Positions 45,125 to 55,571 of a stretch of 64,000 bases of DNA are shown here, piece after piece (the first letter of the stretch is position 1; each line of letters opens with the position of its first letter). The notes below the pieces were generated by a model. It did not search any database and had not been told where the DNA came from. It worked only from the letters and a program-made list of their open reading frames with translations. Source of the stretch: an uncultured Prevotella sp. (GTDB lineage: Bacteria; Bacteroidota; Bacteroidia; Bacteroidales; Bacteroidaceae); contig CAMPYJ010000001.1 in NCBI GenBank assembly GCA_946998205.1, positions 56,618 through 120,617 of the forward strand. The letters run 5' to 3'. The translations under genes were made by a program, and so were the position numbers.

Positions 45125-45141
45125 AATTTATAGAACACCCC
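45125..45141. repeat. Solo terminal-repeat fragment of the MITE (TAATTTATAGAACACCCC).
   Basis: An isolated repeat-like 17-mer lies about 40 bp beyond a full copy. Confidence 0.4.
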
Positions 45142-45149
45142 TTATTTTA

Positions 45150-47690
45150 TTACCTTATTTCTTTTCTGGTTTCTTCAGTGCCGTCAGCATACTTTGTCTT
45201 AATGATGTTTATTCCCTTGTGTGGCACATTTATTTTCATACCGTATTGGTTATAACACACTTTAGATACTATTACCTTGCCATTGTGAGTTTCTTGTATA
45301 CCCGCAGTATCCGAACCTTTGTAAACCGTCATATTTGCTGGGTTTCCATTAAGATTATATACCTGCCAATTCCTCTCGTGCGCTAAATTTACCTGTGCCT
45401 TTGTGCAATCATTTTTTTCAGCACCTAATGTTGTGTCAACAATGATAAGCATTCCTGTTGAACGACCTTTTCTGTCAGGAAGACTATTAATCATGTTTGT
45501 CATATTTTCCCCCTTGATATTATTGCCGTAACAATTTACATAGCTCAAGTCTTTGCAAGCAGAAAAATCAATCATTTCAAATTGGTTGATTTCCCCACTA
45601 AATGTTTGCAATGCTTGGTTTTTGCTTAAATCAATTTCGCTTATTTGATTCAATCCACACATCAACTCCGTCAGTTTAAGTTCGTGGGTAACATCAATGT
45701 GTGAAAGTTGTGCATAAAGAGCTTGCAGTTTTATCAATTCCGTGTATATTGTAGCAGTATTCTCTATCAGGTTTAGGGTTAAGCTTTTTCCGTTCCAGCC
45801 AGACAACGCAGCCCCCTCAATGAATGGTGCAGTAGCAGGAGTAGTCGTTTCAATAGAAATCATCGCAAACCCCTTTTCCGGGCGAGATATTTTGAAATAA
45901 GCATCACCTTTCCTTATTTGTTCAAACCTTGCAGTGATTTTTGTAGTCTCTTTTATTATAGCAGTTTTGGTCGCTGTAATATCAGTTTCGTTTGCTTTCA
46001 ATTCGGTCAATTCATATCCATTTTCAGGTATGACGTTGAACGTTAATTCTGTTCCGTATATCACTTTTGTCAAATCAACACCATTGCCTACGGTAATCTT
46101 ACCATTTTTTGCAGCTTCGATAGTTACCGTCAAATAGGTAGGATCAGAACCGTCATAGTTTATTCCCATACCATACATACCCCCATTGATATAGTCTTTT
46201 ATAGTCCAAGACTTATCATTTGCCATAACAACATCGCTCTTTAGTGCAACATTTTTTTCCGTTCCAGCTGGTGCTTGTGTGTCAATAATGTAAAGAAGCG
46301 GCTTTTTTGACTTGCCATCATACAAAGAATTTACCATTGCCGTCATCTTACTTCCTATGAGTGCGTTTCTGTAGCAATTTACTCTATACAATCCGCTTGA
46401 ACCTGTCAAGTCGAGTGTTTCCAATTTATTTTGTTGGCAATGCAATTGCAAAAGTGCGCTATGATTTTTTAAAATGAGAGTTTTTATCTCATTGTTAGAG
46501 CAATCTAAATAAGTTATAGGGCTTCCTTCGTCTGAAGAAAATTGAGTAATGTTATTTCCACTACAGGTTAACTCTCCCACGTCACCCTTGATAGTTATGT
46601 TTTGTTTGGTAAGCGTCAGCGTTTGTTTTCCAGAATAAGGCGCACTTTCGGCTACACCGTCAATTAAGATTTCAGCATCACCAACAGCCTTAATTTCTAA
46701 CCTTATTTTTTCACCAATTTGTTTTGTTGTTGTGAAGACAATATTATGCTTACTAACTTCTGGTACATAGTCTATCCCATTAAAAGTTCCTCCTATCATA
46801 CTGCCATTATCTGTTCCATCCAGCCAGTCGCACATAATCCAACCTTTTGCCTTAGCTGCTTCAACATCCTTCACATAACACTTGTTACCTTCGTTTTTAT
46901 TGCGTGTGTTCACGACATACAACATCGGAGGGCCCTGTGTTGGGCGTGGCAATTTTTTGATAAAGTCATCCATGCCTTGTCCTTCTATTTTATTGCTGTA
47001 AACCTTTATCCACCACAAAGAGGTATTTTTGCTCAAATCCAATGTTGTAAGCAGATTTTGTTCCGCATACAAGTCAGCCAATGCCGTACAATTGCTTATG
47101 TCAAGTCTCGCTAATCGATTATTGCCGCATTCCAATCGTTTCAACGCCTTATTGGCACTTCCAGTTGTAAGCGTTGTTAATTTATTGTGACAGACAACCA
47201 ATTTTTCTAAGTTCTCATTCATGCTAACGTCCAACGCTGACAAATTATTATCATGGCAATCTAAAGTGTTCAAGGTAATACATTTGTTAATTTCCAAATC
47301 GCTTAATTTATTCTCATAACATTTTAAGATTTGAAGTTTCGGAGCATCAGCAACAAGTTCTGTCAATTGGCATTTGTAGCATTCCAATTGTGTCAAATTG
47401 CCTGAAATAACAATTTCTTTTGTAGGGTCTACAACTTCATATTCACCATAGAAATCGTTCTTTTTTACGCCACCAGAAATGTTAGCCTCATTAAAAGGTT
47501 GGGTATAAATGCGTAGCTTTGTGCCAACGGGCGCTTCCGTTTTCATTTTAATAGTTGCTTGACGTTGCGCCCAAACTTTGTTTGGCAGCATGACACATAG
47601 CACATTCATAACCAGTAGCAATATCAGCTTTAGCTTGCTACAATCTTGTTTTTGCGTTTTACTAATGTAGTTTACGAATGAATGTTTCAT
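45150..47690 (-). CDS. Leucine-rich-repeat surface protein (BspA-like) with two LRR blocks.
   Basis: It has a signal peptide and repeated LxxLxCxxNxLxxLD units (…LQILKCYENKLSDLEINKCITLNTLDCHDNNLSALDVS…; the second block is …LLQLHCQQNKLETLDLTG…). The C-terminal stretch may be a T9SS CTD. Confidence 0.7.
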   Translation of the reverse strand: MKHSFVNYISKTQKQDCSKLKLILLLVMNVLCVMLPNKVWAQRQATIKMKTEAPVGTKLRIYTQPFNEANISGGVKKNDFYGEYEVVDPTKEIVISGNLTQLECYKCQLTELVADAPKLQILKCYENKLSDLEINKCITLNTLDCHDNNLSALDVSMNENLEKLVVCHNKLTTLTTGSANKALKRLECGNNRLARLDISNCTALADLYAEQNLLTTLDLSKNTSLWWIKVYSNKIEGQGMDDFIKKLPRPTQGPPMLYVVNTRNKNEGNKCYVKDVEAAKAKGWIMCDWLDGTDNGSMIGGTFNGIDYVPEVSKHNIVFTTTKQIGEKIRLEIKAVGDAEILIDGVAESAPYSGKQTLTLTKQNITIKGDVGELTCSGNNITQFSSDEGSPITYLDCSNNEIKTLILKNHSALLQLHCQQNKLETLDLTGSSGLYRVNCYRNALIGSKMTAMVNSLYDGKSKKPLLYIIDTQAPAGTEKNVALKSDVVMANDKSWTIKDYINGGMYGMGINYDGSDPTYLTVTIEAAKNGKITVGNGVDLTKVIYGTELTFNVIPENGYELTELKANETDITATKTAIIKETTKITARFEQIRKGDAYFKISRPEKGFAMISIETTTPATAPFIEGAALSGWNGKSLTLNLIENTATIYTELIKLQALYAQLSHIDVTHELKLTELMCGLNQISEIDLSKNQALQTFSGEINQFEMIDFSACKDLSYVNCYGNNIKGENMTNMINSLPDRKGRSTGMLIIVDTTLGAEKNDCTKAQVNLAHERNWQVYNLNGNPANMTVYKGSDTAGIQETHNGKVIVSKVCYNQYGMKINVPHKGINIIKTKYADGTEETRKEIR

Positions 47691-47764
47691 ACATATTTGG
47701 TTAAAAAATTGATAATATAAGTACGTTGTTGTTTTGCTTATTTAAAATAGAATTAATCTATATA

Positions 47765-48021
47765 GGGCGGTTCTATCAATCAGCTTTGACAGTTTGTGGG
47801 ACTATTTTTGAGGTCAATTTGTTTGTGAGTGAAGGAGTATAGCGAGCTATACGGCTGAACGAACAAGCAAATTGAACCAAAAACGGAGCAAGCCGAATAC
47901 AATCAAACTTGTTTGAATTGTTGAGGCGCAGCCTGTTTTATATAAAAAGAGTCCACAAGATGACAAAACGTAAAAACACTGACATAAAAGAACTTTACGG
48001 TGGTAATTTATAGAACCGCCC
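47765..48021 (+). mobile_element. MITE-like element, long form.
   Basis: It has the inverted repeats (one repeat carries point changes: GGGCGGTTCTATCAATCA). Spurious ORF 47847..48029 overlaps it. Confidence 0.85.
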
Positions 48022-48187
48022 TTATACAATCTTCAAATGAGCCTGTCTTCTTATCACCACCCTGCCCGATGTAACATTTTTACGGGCAAAGGTAGTGAAT
48101 AAAGAATACCGAACAATGGCGGTTAACGTTGGATGCTTACGATACGCAACATTCAACACCTCACAACATTTTAAATCCTTGTGAATC

Positions 48188-50302
48188 TTATTGTACCACA
48201 AACTTAAAAACACCATTATTGTTTGTTTTTACAATGTAAACACCCGGTATCAAATGCAACGTTGCACAACCCTTGTTCTTTACGCTCAATGTATCCACTT
48301 GTTTCCCTTGAATGTCATAGACATTTACAATAGCGTCTTTGTTGGCACTTAGAGTTATTAGATTACCATTTTGCCATAGTTTTATAGGTCTTTTATTTTC
48401 ATTTACATAGCTAATAGATGAAGCTGCCGCTTTCATGGTGACAGGTCTCGTTCTATATTCCTTACCTGCTATTGACAAATCAGGGAAAGCATCTGTTTGC
48501 ATGCTGCAATACATCTCCGTCTCTTCTGTCAATTTAAAAGTAAATTTACCATCTACTTCTTCATAATATAACCCTTTCACGACAGGTAGTCCAGCGACAT
48601 TCTTATTCAACCATATATAAGTTGTAGGTTGAGGGGCGTTAGTAACACCTTTCAAATGATTAAACGCAGAAAGGTCTACGACATTTCCCCTTATCAATTC
48701 GGGAGTTATAAAATAAGGACGTTGTGGAGCATAAAGATAATTTTCCATATTACGCTTTTCAGGCAACATGTACATTGGTATGGCATTATGTCCACATCTC
48801 ATCTCTTTCAACAGACTATAATCGGCTGGCAATTTTAAGTCATTAATTTGATTAAAGGCTATATTCACTCTTTCCAACTTATTCATTTTCGTTAAATTAA
48901 CAGCTGTAAGTTTGTTGCGTTCAATATTTAAATCTGTCAAATTGACGTAATCAGAAAGATTCAAAGCATTAATTTGATTACCAGCAAGCGAAAGTTTTAT
49001 TATCGTTTTAGTTTTCGGCAGTATTATTTCGCTTGCATAGCAACCATTAGCTGATAATTCTATTGCGTTTTTAAACAACGAAAAATCAACAGATTGCAAT
49101 CGGTTATTATCTAAAATTATACGTTTTGCAGGACTTTCAACCGTACCTTCATTAAAGCCACAGAATCCACTAAGCTCTGGAAATTTGAGCAAGTCTAAAT
49201 CCTTGCATTGTATTTGAACCAAATGCTTTTTATCAAATTCAGCATCAAGGAAATTGTGCTTCACGATGGTTTCTGATTTATTCAAAGTAATTTCTTGAAT
49301 AACTCCATCGCCCCAATTTATTAAACATGGACTATTATCCGTTGTGCTTGAAAGCGTTAAATCGAAAGTTAATTTTTCTGTCGTAAACTTATCTGTTGTA
49401 AATGCCGCATGAACAGCATCCAATCCTTTGGACTTTCCCGCTAATTTAATCGGCATAATACCATAACGGTCATTAATATTGTGCAGCTTTGGTAAAGCAG
49501 GGTTGTCTACAACACAATAAATTTCACAATCATAAGCTTCATTAAAAGTAAAGATTCCATCTTCTTCCTTATAAGTACTTGGATCTATGAGCATTGCTGG
49601 GTCGGCATTGTTGCCACGATTATTATAACGATACCATGAAAATTTAGAAATTGTACCTTTATATGATAAAAAGTCAGAAAGGTCAACAGTCATTCCTTTT
49701 ATTTTATTTTTCTCCAAATATACAGGACGCATCGGACCGTATGTATAGACAAAAGTCTTCTTTTCCGGAAATTCTGCTAAGGTGAGCCTATTCCTATCAA
49801 ACACAAAATTTCTTGTAGTTGGCGGCAATTTTAAGTCTTCTATCTCATTTGCATTACAAACAACATTTTCTAACTTTGGACAACCGGTAAGGTCTAATTT
49901 TTTAAGGGAACTCCATGCACATGAAAATTTTAGTAACTCCTTACAGTCAGTAAGTGTAATTTCAGATACTTTTCTATTGCTTATGATCGTAAACTCAATG
50001 AAAGGGCCACCCCAAACCTTAACTTTATGAATTTTGTTGACAGCCATGTCTGCAAAGTTATAGGACAGCAAATCAGCGTTACCATACGATATTTTCTCAT
50101 GAGTTCCTGTTCCATCACCATAATCTATATAATATTTTGTACCTGACTTGGCTTTAATTTTCATTGAAAATTGTTCTGTTGATGTTGATTTCGTTTCATA
50201 CGATGTCGTGAAATTAATTTCATCAGCATAAATTACCGTACCTATTCCCAACAGCGGAATCATAATTAATAAACTCAAAAAGTGATGTACTTTTTTCTTC
50301 AT
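48188..50302 (-). CDS. Leucine-rich-repeat surface protein with a T9SS C-terminal domain.
   Basis: It has LRR units (…NLSDYVNLTDLNIERNKLTAVNLTKMNKLERVNIAFNQINDLKL…). The C-terminus is ...NVYDIQGKQVD...IPGVYIVKTNNNGVFKFVVQ. The start is moved to the internal Met (MKKKVHHFLSLLIMIPLLGIG) that begins a signal peptide. Confidence 0.7.
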   Translation of the reverse strand: MKKKVHHFLSLLIMIPLLGIGTVIYADEINFTTSYETKSTSTEQFSMKIKAKSGTKYYIDYGDGTGTHEKISYGNADLLSYNFADMAVNKIHKVKVWGGPFIEFTIISNRKVSEITLTDCKELLKFSCAWSSLKKLDLTGCPKLENVVCNANEIEDLKLPPTTRNFVFDRNRLTLAEFPEKKTFVYTYGPMRPVYLEKNKIKGMTVDLSDFLSYKGTISKFSWYRYNNRGNNADPAMLIDPSTYKEEDGIFTFNEAYDCEIYCVVDNPALPKLHNINDRYGIMPIKLAGKSKGLDAVHAAFTTDKFTTEKLTFDLTLSSTTDNSPCLINWGDGVIQEITLNKSETIVKHNFLDAEFDKKHLVQIQCKDLDLLKFPELSGFCGFNEGTVESPAKRIILDNNRLQSVDFSLFKNAIELSANGCYASEIILPKTKTIIKLSLAGNQINALNLSDYVNLTDLNIERNKLTAVNLTKMNKLERVNIAFNQINDLKLPADYSLLKEMRCGHNAIPMYMLPEKRNMENYLYAPQRPYFITPELIRGNVVDLSAFNHLKGVTNAPQPTTYIWLNKNVAGLPVVKGLYYEEVDGKFTFKLTEETEMYCSMQTDAFPDLSIAGKEYRTRPVTMKAAASSISYVNENKRPIKLWQNGNLITLSANKDAIVNVYDIQGKQVDTLSVKNKGCATLHLIPGVYIVKTNNNGVFKFVVQ

Positions 50303-50777
50303 TACACATTTCAGTTTGTTAATAATATTTGTAATATTGCGCAAAATTAATACTATTTTGTAATAAAACAGAAAACAATAGTATTTATTTGACAAAAAAA
50401 AACACAAATATTGATTCAAGATAGAAGTACAAGGCCTGCGGGTATCTTGATATACTTAAAACCATGAGAGAGACTGCGGGGTCGCCTTTCGGTTGGGATG
50501 CTTAACCCCAAAGAGCATAACCGCCCATACAAATACAGAAAAGGGAGACACCGCGGGCTCAGCAAAGATAATTTGCCCTGTACTGTGAAACATCATCAAG
50601 CAACCGCAAGTAAAAGTTCGCAAATTTTAGTTCCGCCGATAAAGCAACTTCTTTATTTAAAATTAGATACGCCCTTACGACCATCTTACTTTTCAATCTC
50701 CATGCTTTTGCCCTCCAATCTGCATGCTATTGCACGGCAAAAGCATGCGTTTATGCGGCTAAAAGCATTGCTTTCAG

Positions 50778-50887
50778 TGCGGTTCTATAAATTAGCTTTG
50801 ACAGATTGCGAGATTGTTTTTTAGGCCGATTTGTTTGTAAGTGAAGGAGCATAGCGAGCTATACGACTGGACGAACAAGAAAATTAA
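50778..50887 (+). mobile_element. Truncated MITE: the first about 110 bp only, abutting a full inverted copy.
   Basis: It has the left repeat and internal sequence as far as ...ACAAGAAAATTAA, then breaks exactly where the next copy begins. Confidence 0.7.
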
Positions 50888-51083
50888 GTGCGGTTCTATA
50901 AATTACCATCGTAAAGTTCTTGTTCGGCAGTCTTTTTACGTTTTGTCATCTTGTTGACTCTTTTTGGTTCAATTTGCTTGTTCGTTCAGTCGTATAGCTC
51001 GCTATACTTCTTCACTCACTAACAAATTGACCTCAAAAAAAAATAGTCTCACAATCTGTCAAAGCTAATTTATAGAACCGCCC
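50888..51083 (-). mobile_element. MITE-like element, short form, arranged head-to-head with the truncated copy.
   Basis: The repeats are GTGCGGTTCTATAAATTA...TAATTTATAGAACCGCCC. Confidence 0.8.
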
Positions 51084-51323
51084 TTTATCGAGAAAGGTAA
51101 GGATTAAGAGAGGCGCGCCCTTCGCCGAGGAGACGCTGGCGTTGAAGCAAAAAAACATCGTTTCCCTGTTTCAACCACGAATGAGCGAATTTGGCAACGG
51201 CACGCGGTTGCGTTCAACCACGCCACCCGTCACTCAACGTTCAACGCCGCCGCCTTTCAATGAAGGAACCGCGTGCTTGTTTTTGACGACAATCAACTTT
51301 TTGAGACGGAAAAACCGCGGCAA

Positions 51324-53648
51324 TCATTCGTAAACATCGTCGATACCAAACCCACCTTCGTCTTGATCATCCTTGGCGCACGGATTGTACCCCTCAGGAA
51401 GTCCAAAAGAGGCGTCGGTTTTATATCCTAACGAAGCATCTTTATAAACTCTCTTCATGAAGTTGGCCCATATCGGCAAAGCCATGGTTGCCCCCTGCCC
51501 CATCCTCATGGAGTCGAAATGGATGTCACGGTCTTCACCGCCTACCCAGCACCCGCTCACCAGTTGTGGCGTGAACCCCATGAACCATGCGTCAGAATTT
51601 CGGTTCGTAGTACCCGTCTTCGCCCCAATCTCTCCTTCCATGTCGTACTTGAAGCGCAACCGGCTTGCCGTTCCTCTGTCAACGACTTCCTGGAGGAGCA
51701 CCAGCATCTTGTTGGCGCTCTCTGCGCTGATCACCTCGCTCATGCGGGGTTGGAAGGTTGCCAGCACGTTTCCCTCGTTATCTTCTATTTTAGAAACAAA
51801 CATCGGAGCGGTACGGATGCCGTGGTTGGCAAAGGCGGTGTATGCGCTGACCATTTCGCCAACCGAAACCTCGCAAGGCCCCAGGCAAAGCGCCATGGAG
51901 GGATGGATGTCTGGATTCCGGATGCCGAAGTCGTGAAGCATACTCACAAACAGCTGTGGGTTCAAGCGGCTCATCAGGTATGCCGAAATCCAATTGTTCG
52001 AGTTTGCCAAGCCCCACTTCAGCGTCACCATCGATCCGTATCGCCTTCTGTTTGCGTTTCTTGGCGTCCAAGGCCTACCCGCCACCATATACGTTCTCTG
52101 CACGTTGGGCGCCTGGTCGCAGGGCGAGAAGCCGTTCTCCATGGCCAAGGCATACAGAAAGGGCTTGATGGTAGACCCCACTTGCCGGCGTCCGGCCATC
52201 ACCATGTCATACATGAAGTGGTTGTAGTCAAGACCACCCACATACGCCTTCACTTGCCCCGTCTGCGGATCCATGCTCATGAAGCCTGCCCGAAGGAACG
52301 ACTTGTAATAACGGATGGAATCCATGGGTGTCATTATCGTATCCACGTCACCATGATAGGTAAACACCGACATGTCGACAGGCGTGTTGAACGACTTCTT
52401 TATTTCCGCGTCAGTGGCTCCCGCGGCCTTCAACACCCTATAACGCTCGCTTGCCATCATGGAGCGGTTCAATATCGACCTTATCTCTTTCGGTGTCAGA
52501 GCGTTGGTGAAGGGTGCGTTGGGGCATTTCGCCTTCTCTTTGTCAAATGCCGGTTGCAGAAACTTAGCCACATGGTTGTAAACGGCTTGTTCGGCATACA
52601 GCTGCATGCGCGAGTCGATGGTGGTGAACACCTTCAGGCCATCTGTGTAGACATTATAGGGCTTGCCGTTTTTCTTCAAATTCTTATTGCACCACCCATA
52701 AAGAGGGTCGGTTGCCCAAGCGATGGAGTCATAGACGAATTGACTCTGGTTCCATGAAGGATAATCGGAACGACGCGGATGAGAGGCCATCATGTATTGG
52801 CGAAGGAATTCTCGAAAATAGGTGGCCAATCCGTTTTTGTGATCCGTGCAATGAAAGTTCAGTTTCAGCTTCTCATCGGCATACCTGTGACATTCGGCTT
52901 TTGAAAGATATCCAGCCTTCTGCATTTGCCCAAGCACTACATTGCGTCGTTCGGTACATCGTTCGGGATAACGAATGGGATTATAAAGAGACGGATTCTT
53001 GCAAAGGCCGATGAGCATGGCCGACTCTGTGACCGTCAAGTCTTTGGGTTCTTTATTAAAATAGGTGTTCGCAGCAGTCTTGATGCCTACCGCGTTGTGG
53101 AGAAAATCAAAATAGTTAAGGTATAATGCGATGATTTCCTCCTTGGTGTAGTTGCGTTCCAACTTAACGGCGATGACCCATTCGATGGGTTTTTGCAGCA
53201 TTCGCTCCAACGTGCTCCGCGCCGTTTCTGAATAGAGCTGTTTAGCCAATTGCTGCGTGATGGTAGACCCCCCCCCTGCGTTCTCTCTTCCCAGAATCCC
53301 ACGTTTGACGATGGCGCGTCCCAATGCGAAAAAGTCGATTCCCGAATGTTCATAAAACCGCTCATCCTCGGTTGCCACCAAAGCGTGAACCAAATGTGGT
53401 GAAATTTTTGAATAAGGTATGACGATGCGGTTCTCCTTGTTAAAGTTCCAGGTTCCCAGCACCTTGCCATCTGCCGAATAGACCTGGGTCGCGAAACGAC
53501 TGATGGGGTTCTGAAGGTCTTCTACATCAGGCATGTAGCCTATCCACCCGTTCCATATCGCGACAAACGCGACCAGGACGGCACAAAATACCGCGGCCAA
53601 AGTTTTCCAAAGGAAATGAACAAATGCCTTTCTCATTCTCTGCGACAC
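51324..53648 (-). CDS. mrcA: Class A penicillin-binding protein (PBP1A), a bifunctional transglycosylase and transpeptidase.
   Basis: It has an N-terminal transmembrane anchor. The GT51 motifs are ATEDERFYEHSGID and GGSTITQQL. The transpeptidase motifs are STIKP, SNN and KTGT. Confidence 0.9.
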   Translation of the reverse strand: MSQRMRKAFVHFLWKTLAAVFCAVLVAFVAIWNGWIGYMPDVEDLQNPISRFATQVYSADGKVLGTWNFNKENRIVIPYSKISPHLVHALVATEDERFYEHSGIDFFALGRAIVKRGILGRENAGGGSTITQQLAKQLYSETARSTLERMLQKPIEWVIAVKLERNYTKEEIIALYLNYFDFLHNAVGIKTAANTYFNKEPKDLTVTESAMLIGLCKNPSLYNPIRYPERCTERRNVVLGQMQKAGYLSKAECHRYADEKLKLNFHCTDHKNGLATYFREFLRQYMMASHPRRSDYPSWNQSQFVYDSIAWATDPLYGWCNKNLKKNGKPYNVYTDGLKVFTTIDSRMQLYAEQAVYNHVAKFLQPAFDKEKAKCPNAPFTNALTPKEIRSILNRSMMASERYRVLKAAGATDAEIKKSFNTPVDMSVFTYHGDVDTIMTPMDSIRYYKSFLRAGFMSMDPQTGQVKAYVGGLDYNHFMYDMVMAGRRQVGSTIKPFLYALAMENGFSPCDQAPNVQRTYMVAGRPWTPRNANRRRYGSMVTLKWGLANSNNWISAYLMSRLNPQLFVSMLHDFGIRNPDIHPSMALCLGPCEVSVGEMVSAYTAFANHGIRTAPMFVSKIEDNEGNVLATFQPRMSEVISAESANKMLVLLQEVVDRGTASRLRFKYDMEGEIGAKTGTTNRNSDAWFMGFTPQLVSGCWVGGEDRDIHFDSMRMGQGATMALPIWANFMKRVYKDASLGYKTDASFGLPEGYNPCAKDDQDEGGFGIDDVYE

Positions 53649-53757
53649 ATATAATATTATTGATGCAAAATTACAACATTTCTTTTAATTCTCTATCGTA
53701 AATAAAAAATTATAACTAACTTAGCAGTCAGTTCCAAAAACATATTAATCATACAAA

Positions 53758-54705
53758 ATGGAAAAACGTCATTTTATCACCATCGCCGACCTCACTAAAG
53801 ACGAGCTGATGTATCTGCTGGCCATGGCCGGGCAATTTGAAGCCCACCCCAACCGCGAACTATTAAAAGGTAAAGTGGTAGCCACGCTCTTCTATGAGCC
53901 GTCAACCAGGACGCGTCTTAGCTTCGAGACGGCCGCCAACAGGCTTGGTGCCCGCGTCATAGGTTTTTCAGACGCAAAGGCTTCCAGCGTGTCCAAAGGG
54001 GAGACTCTCAAGGACACCATACTCATGGTTTCCAACTACGCCGACCTCATCGTCATGCGCCATTACATCGAAGGGGCGGCTCAATACGCCAGTGAGGTGG
54101 CTCCCGTTCCCATCATCAATGCCGGTGACGGTGCTCACATGCACCCTTCACAGTGCCTGCTGGACCTCTACTCCATCTACAAGACGCAAGGAACGCTGGA
54201 GAACCTGAACATTTACCTGGTGGGTGATTTAAAGTATGGTCGCACGGTGCACTCACTCATCATGGCAATGCGCCACTTCAACCCCACCTTCCACTTCATC
54301 GCTCCAAACGAGCTGTCCATGCCCGCTGAGTACAAGCTGTACTGCCAAGCGCACGGCATCAAATATCAAGAGCACACAGCCTTCAACAGCAAGGTGCTGG
54401 CAGACGCCGACATCCTCTACATGACACGCGTGCAGAAAGAACGCTTCTCCGATCTGATGGAATACGAGCAGGTGAAAAACGTTTACATCCTGCGCAACGA
54501 CATGCTCAAAAGTGCCAAGGAAAACCTCAAGATAATGCACCCTCTCCCGCGCATAAACGAAATTGCTTACGACGTGGATGACAATCCGCACGCCTATTAC
54601 ATTCAACAAGCCCAGAACGGACTCTATGCCAGACAAGCCATACTCAGTCATTGTCTGGGCATCACCCTTGAAGACATCAAGCAAGATAAAACAATCATCA
54701 AATAA
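53758..54705 (+). CDS. pyrB: Aspartate carbamoyltransferase catalytic subunit.
   Basis: Family motifs are present (STRTR, HPSQ, HPLPR). Confidence 0.9.
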   Translation: MEKRHFITIADLTKDELMYLLAMAGQFEAHPNRELLKGKVVATLFYEPSTRTRLSFETAANRLGARVIGFSDAKASSVSKGETLKDTILMVSNYADLIVMRHYIEGAAQYASEVAPVPIINAGDGAHMHPSQCLLDLYSIYKTQGTLENLNIYLVGDLKYGRTVHSLIMAMRHFNPTFHFIAPNELSMPAEYKLYCQAHGIKYQEHTAFNSKVLADADILYMTRVQKERFSDLMEYEQVKNVYILRNDMLKSAKENLKIMHPLPRINEIAYDVDDNPHAYYIQQAQNGLYARQAILSHCLGITLEDIKQDKTIIK

Positions 54706-54733
54706 GTTGTGTAACAACAATAAAAGTCTGATT

Positions 54734-55189
54734 ATGAATAAGAAAGAGCGTTTAGTCGCAGCAATAGAAAACGGTACCGTCATCGATCACATTCCTGCGG
54801 GCAAGACATATCAAGTTGTCAATCTCCTGAAACTCCAGTCATTGAACACACCCGTTACCGTTGGCAACAACTTCGTGTCAAAAAAGATTGGAAAGAAAGG
54901 CATCATCAAGGTTTCCGACAAGTTCTTCTCTGACGAAGAGATCAGCCGGCTCTCCGTGGTAGCCCCGAAAGTAGTACTCAACATCATCAAAGGCTACGAA
55001 GTGGTTGAGAAGAAAACCGTTGAGACACCGAACGAATTGCGCGGCATCGTGAAATGCAATAACCCCATGTGCATCACCAACAACGAACCCATGCAAACGG
55101 TATTCCATGTGGTAGACAAGACGCATGGCTTGCTGAAATGCCACTATTGCGACAAAGAACAAGACATCAACAAGGTAGAACTCTGCTAA
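54734..55189 (+). CDS. pyrI: Aspartate carbamoyltransferase regulatory subunit.
   Basis: The start is moved to the internal ATG ([21 protein letters not shown]). A C-terminal zinc-binding Cys cluster is present (CNNPMC...CHYC). Confidence 0.85.
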   Translation: MNKKERLVAAIENGTVIDHIPAGKTYQVVNLLKLQSLNTPVTVGNNFVSKKIGKKGIIKVSDKFFSDEEISRLSVVAPKVVLNIIKGYEVVEKKTVETPNELRGIVKCNNPMCITNNEPMQTVFHVVDKTHGLLKCHYCDKEQDINKVELC

Positions 55190-55269
55190 ACCACGGCCTG
55201 TCGAACTTCCTCAGAGGAAACCAATCGCAGACACTAAAGCGCGAACGGAACGCTGATGAAAACGAATTA

Positions 55270-55527
55270 GGGAGGTTCTATAAATTAGCTTTGACAGATT
55301 GTGAGACTATTTTTGAGGTCAATCTGCTTGTGAGTGAAGGAGTATAGCGAGCTATACGACTGAACAAACAAGCAAATTGAACCAAAAACGGAGCAAGCCG
55401 AATACAATCAAACTTGTTTGAATTGTTGAGGCGCAGCCTGTTTTATATAAAAAGAGTCCACAAGATGACAAAACGTAAAAAGACTGACACATAAAAAACT
55501 TTACGGTGGTAATTTATAGAACCGCCC
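55270..55527 (+). mobile_element. MITE-like element, long form, with an ATTAG target-site duplication.
   Basis: It has the inverted repeats, and ATTAG occurs on both flanks. It lies between pyrI and glyA. Confidence 0.85.
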
Positions 55528-55571
55528 ATTAGCCTAAACGAAACATCATTACTCAAACCAAGATAAAAGAC

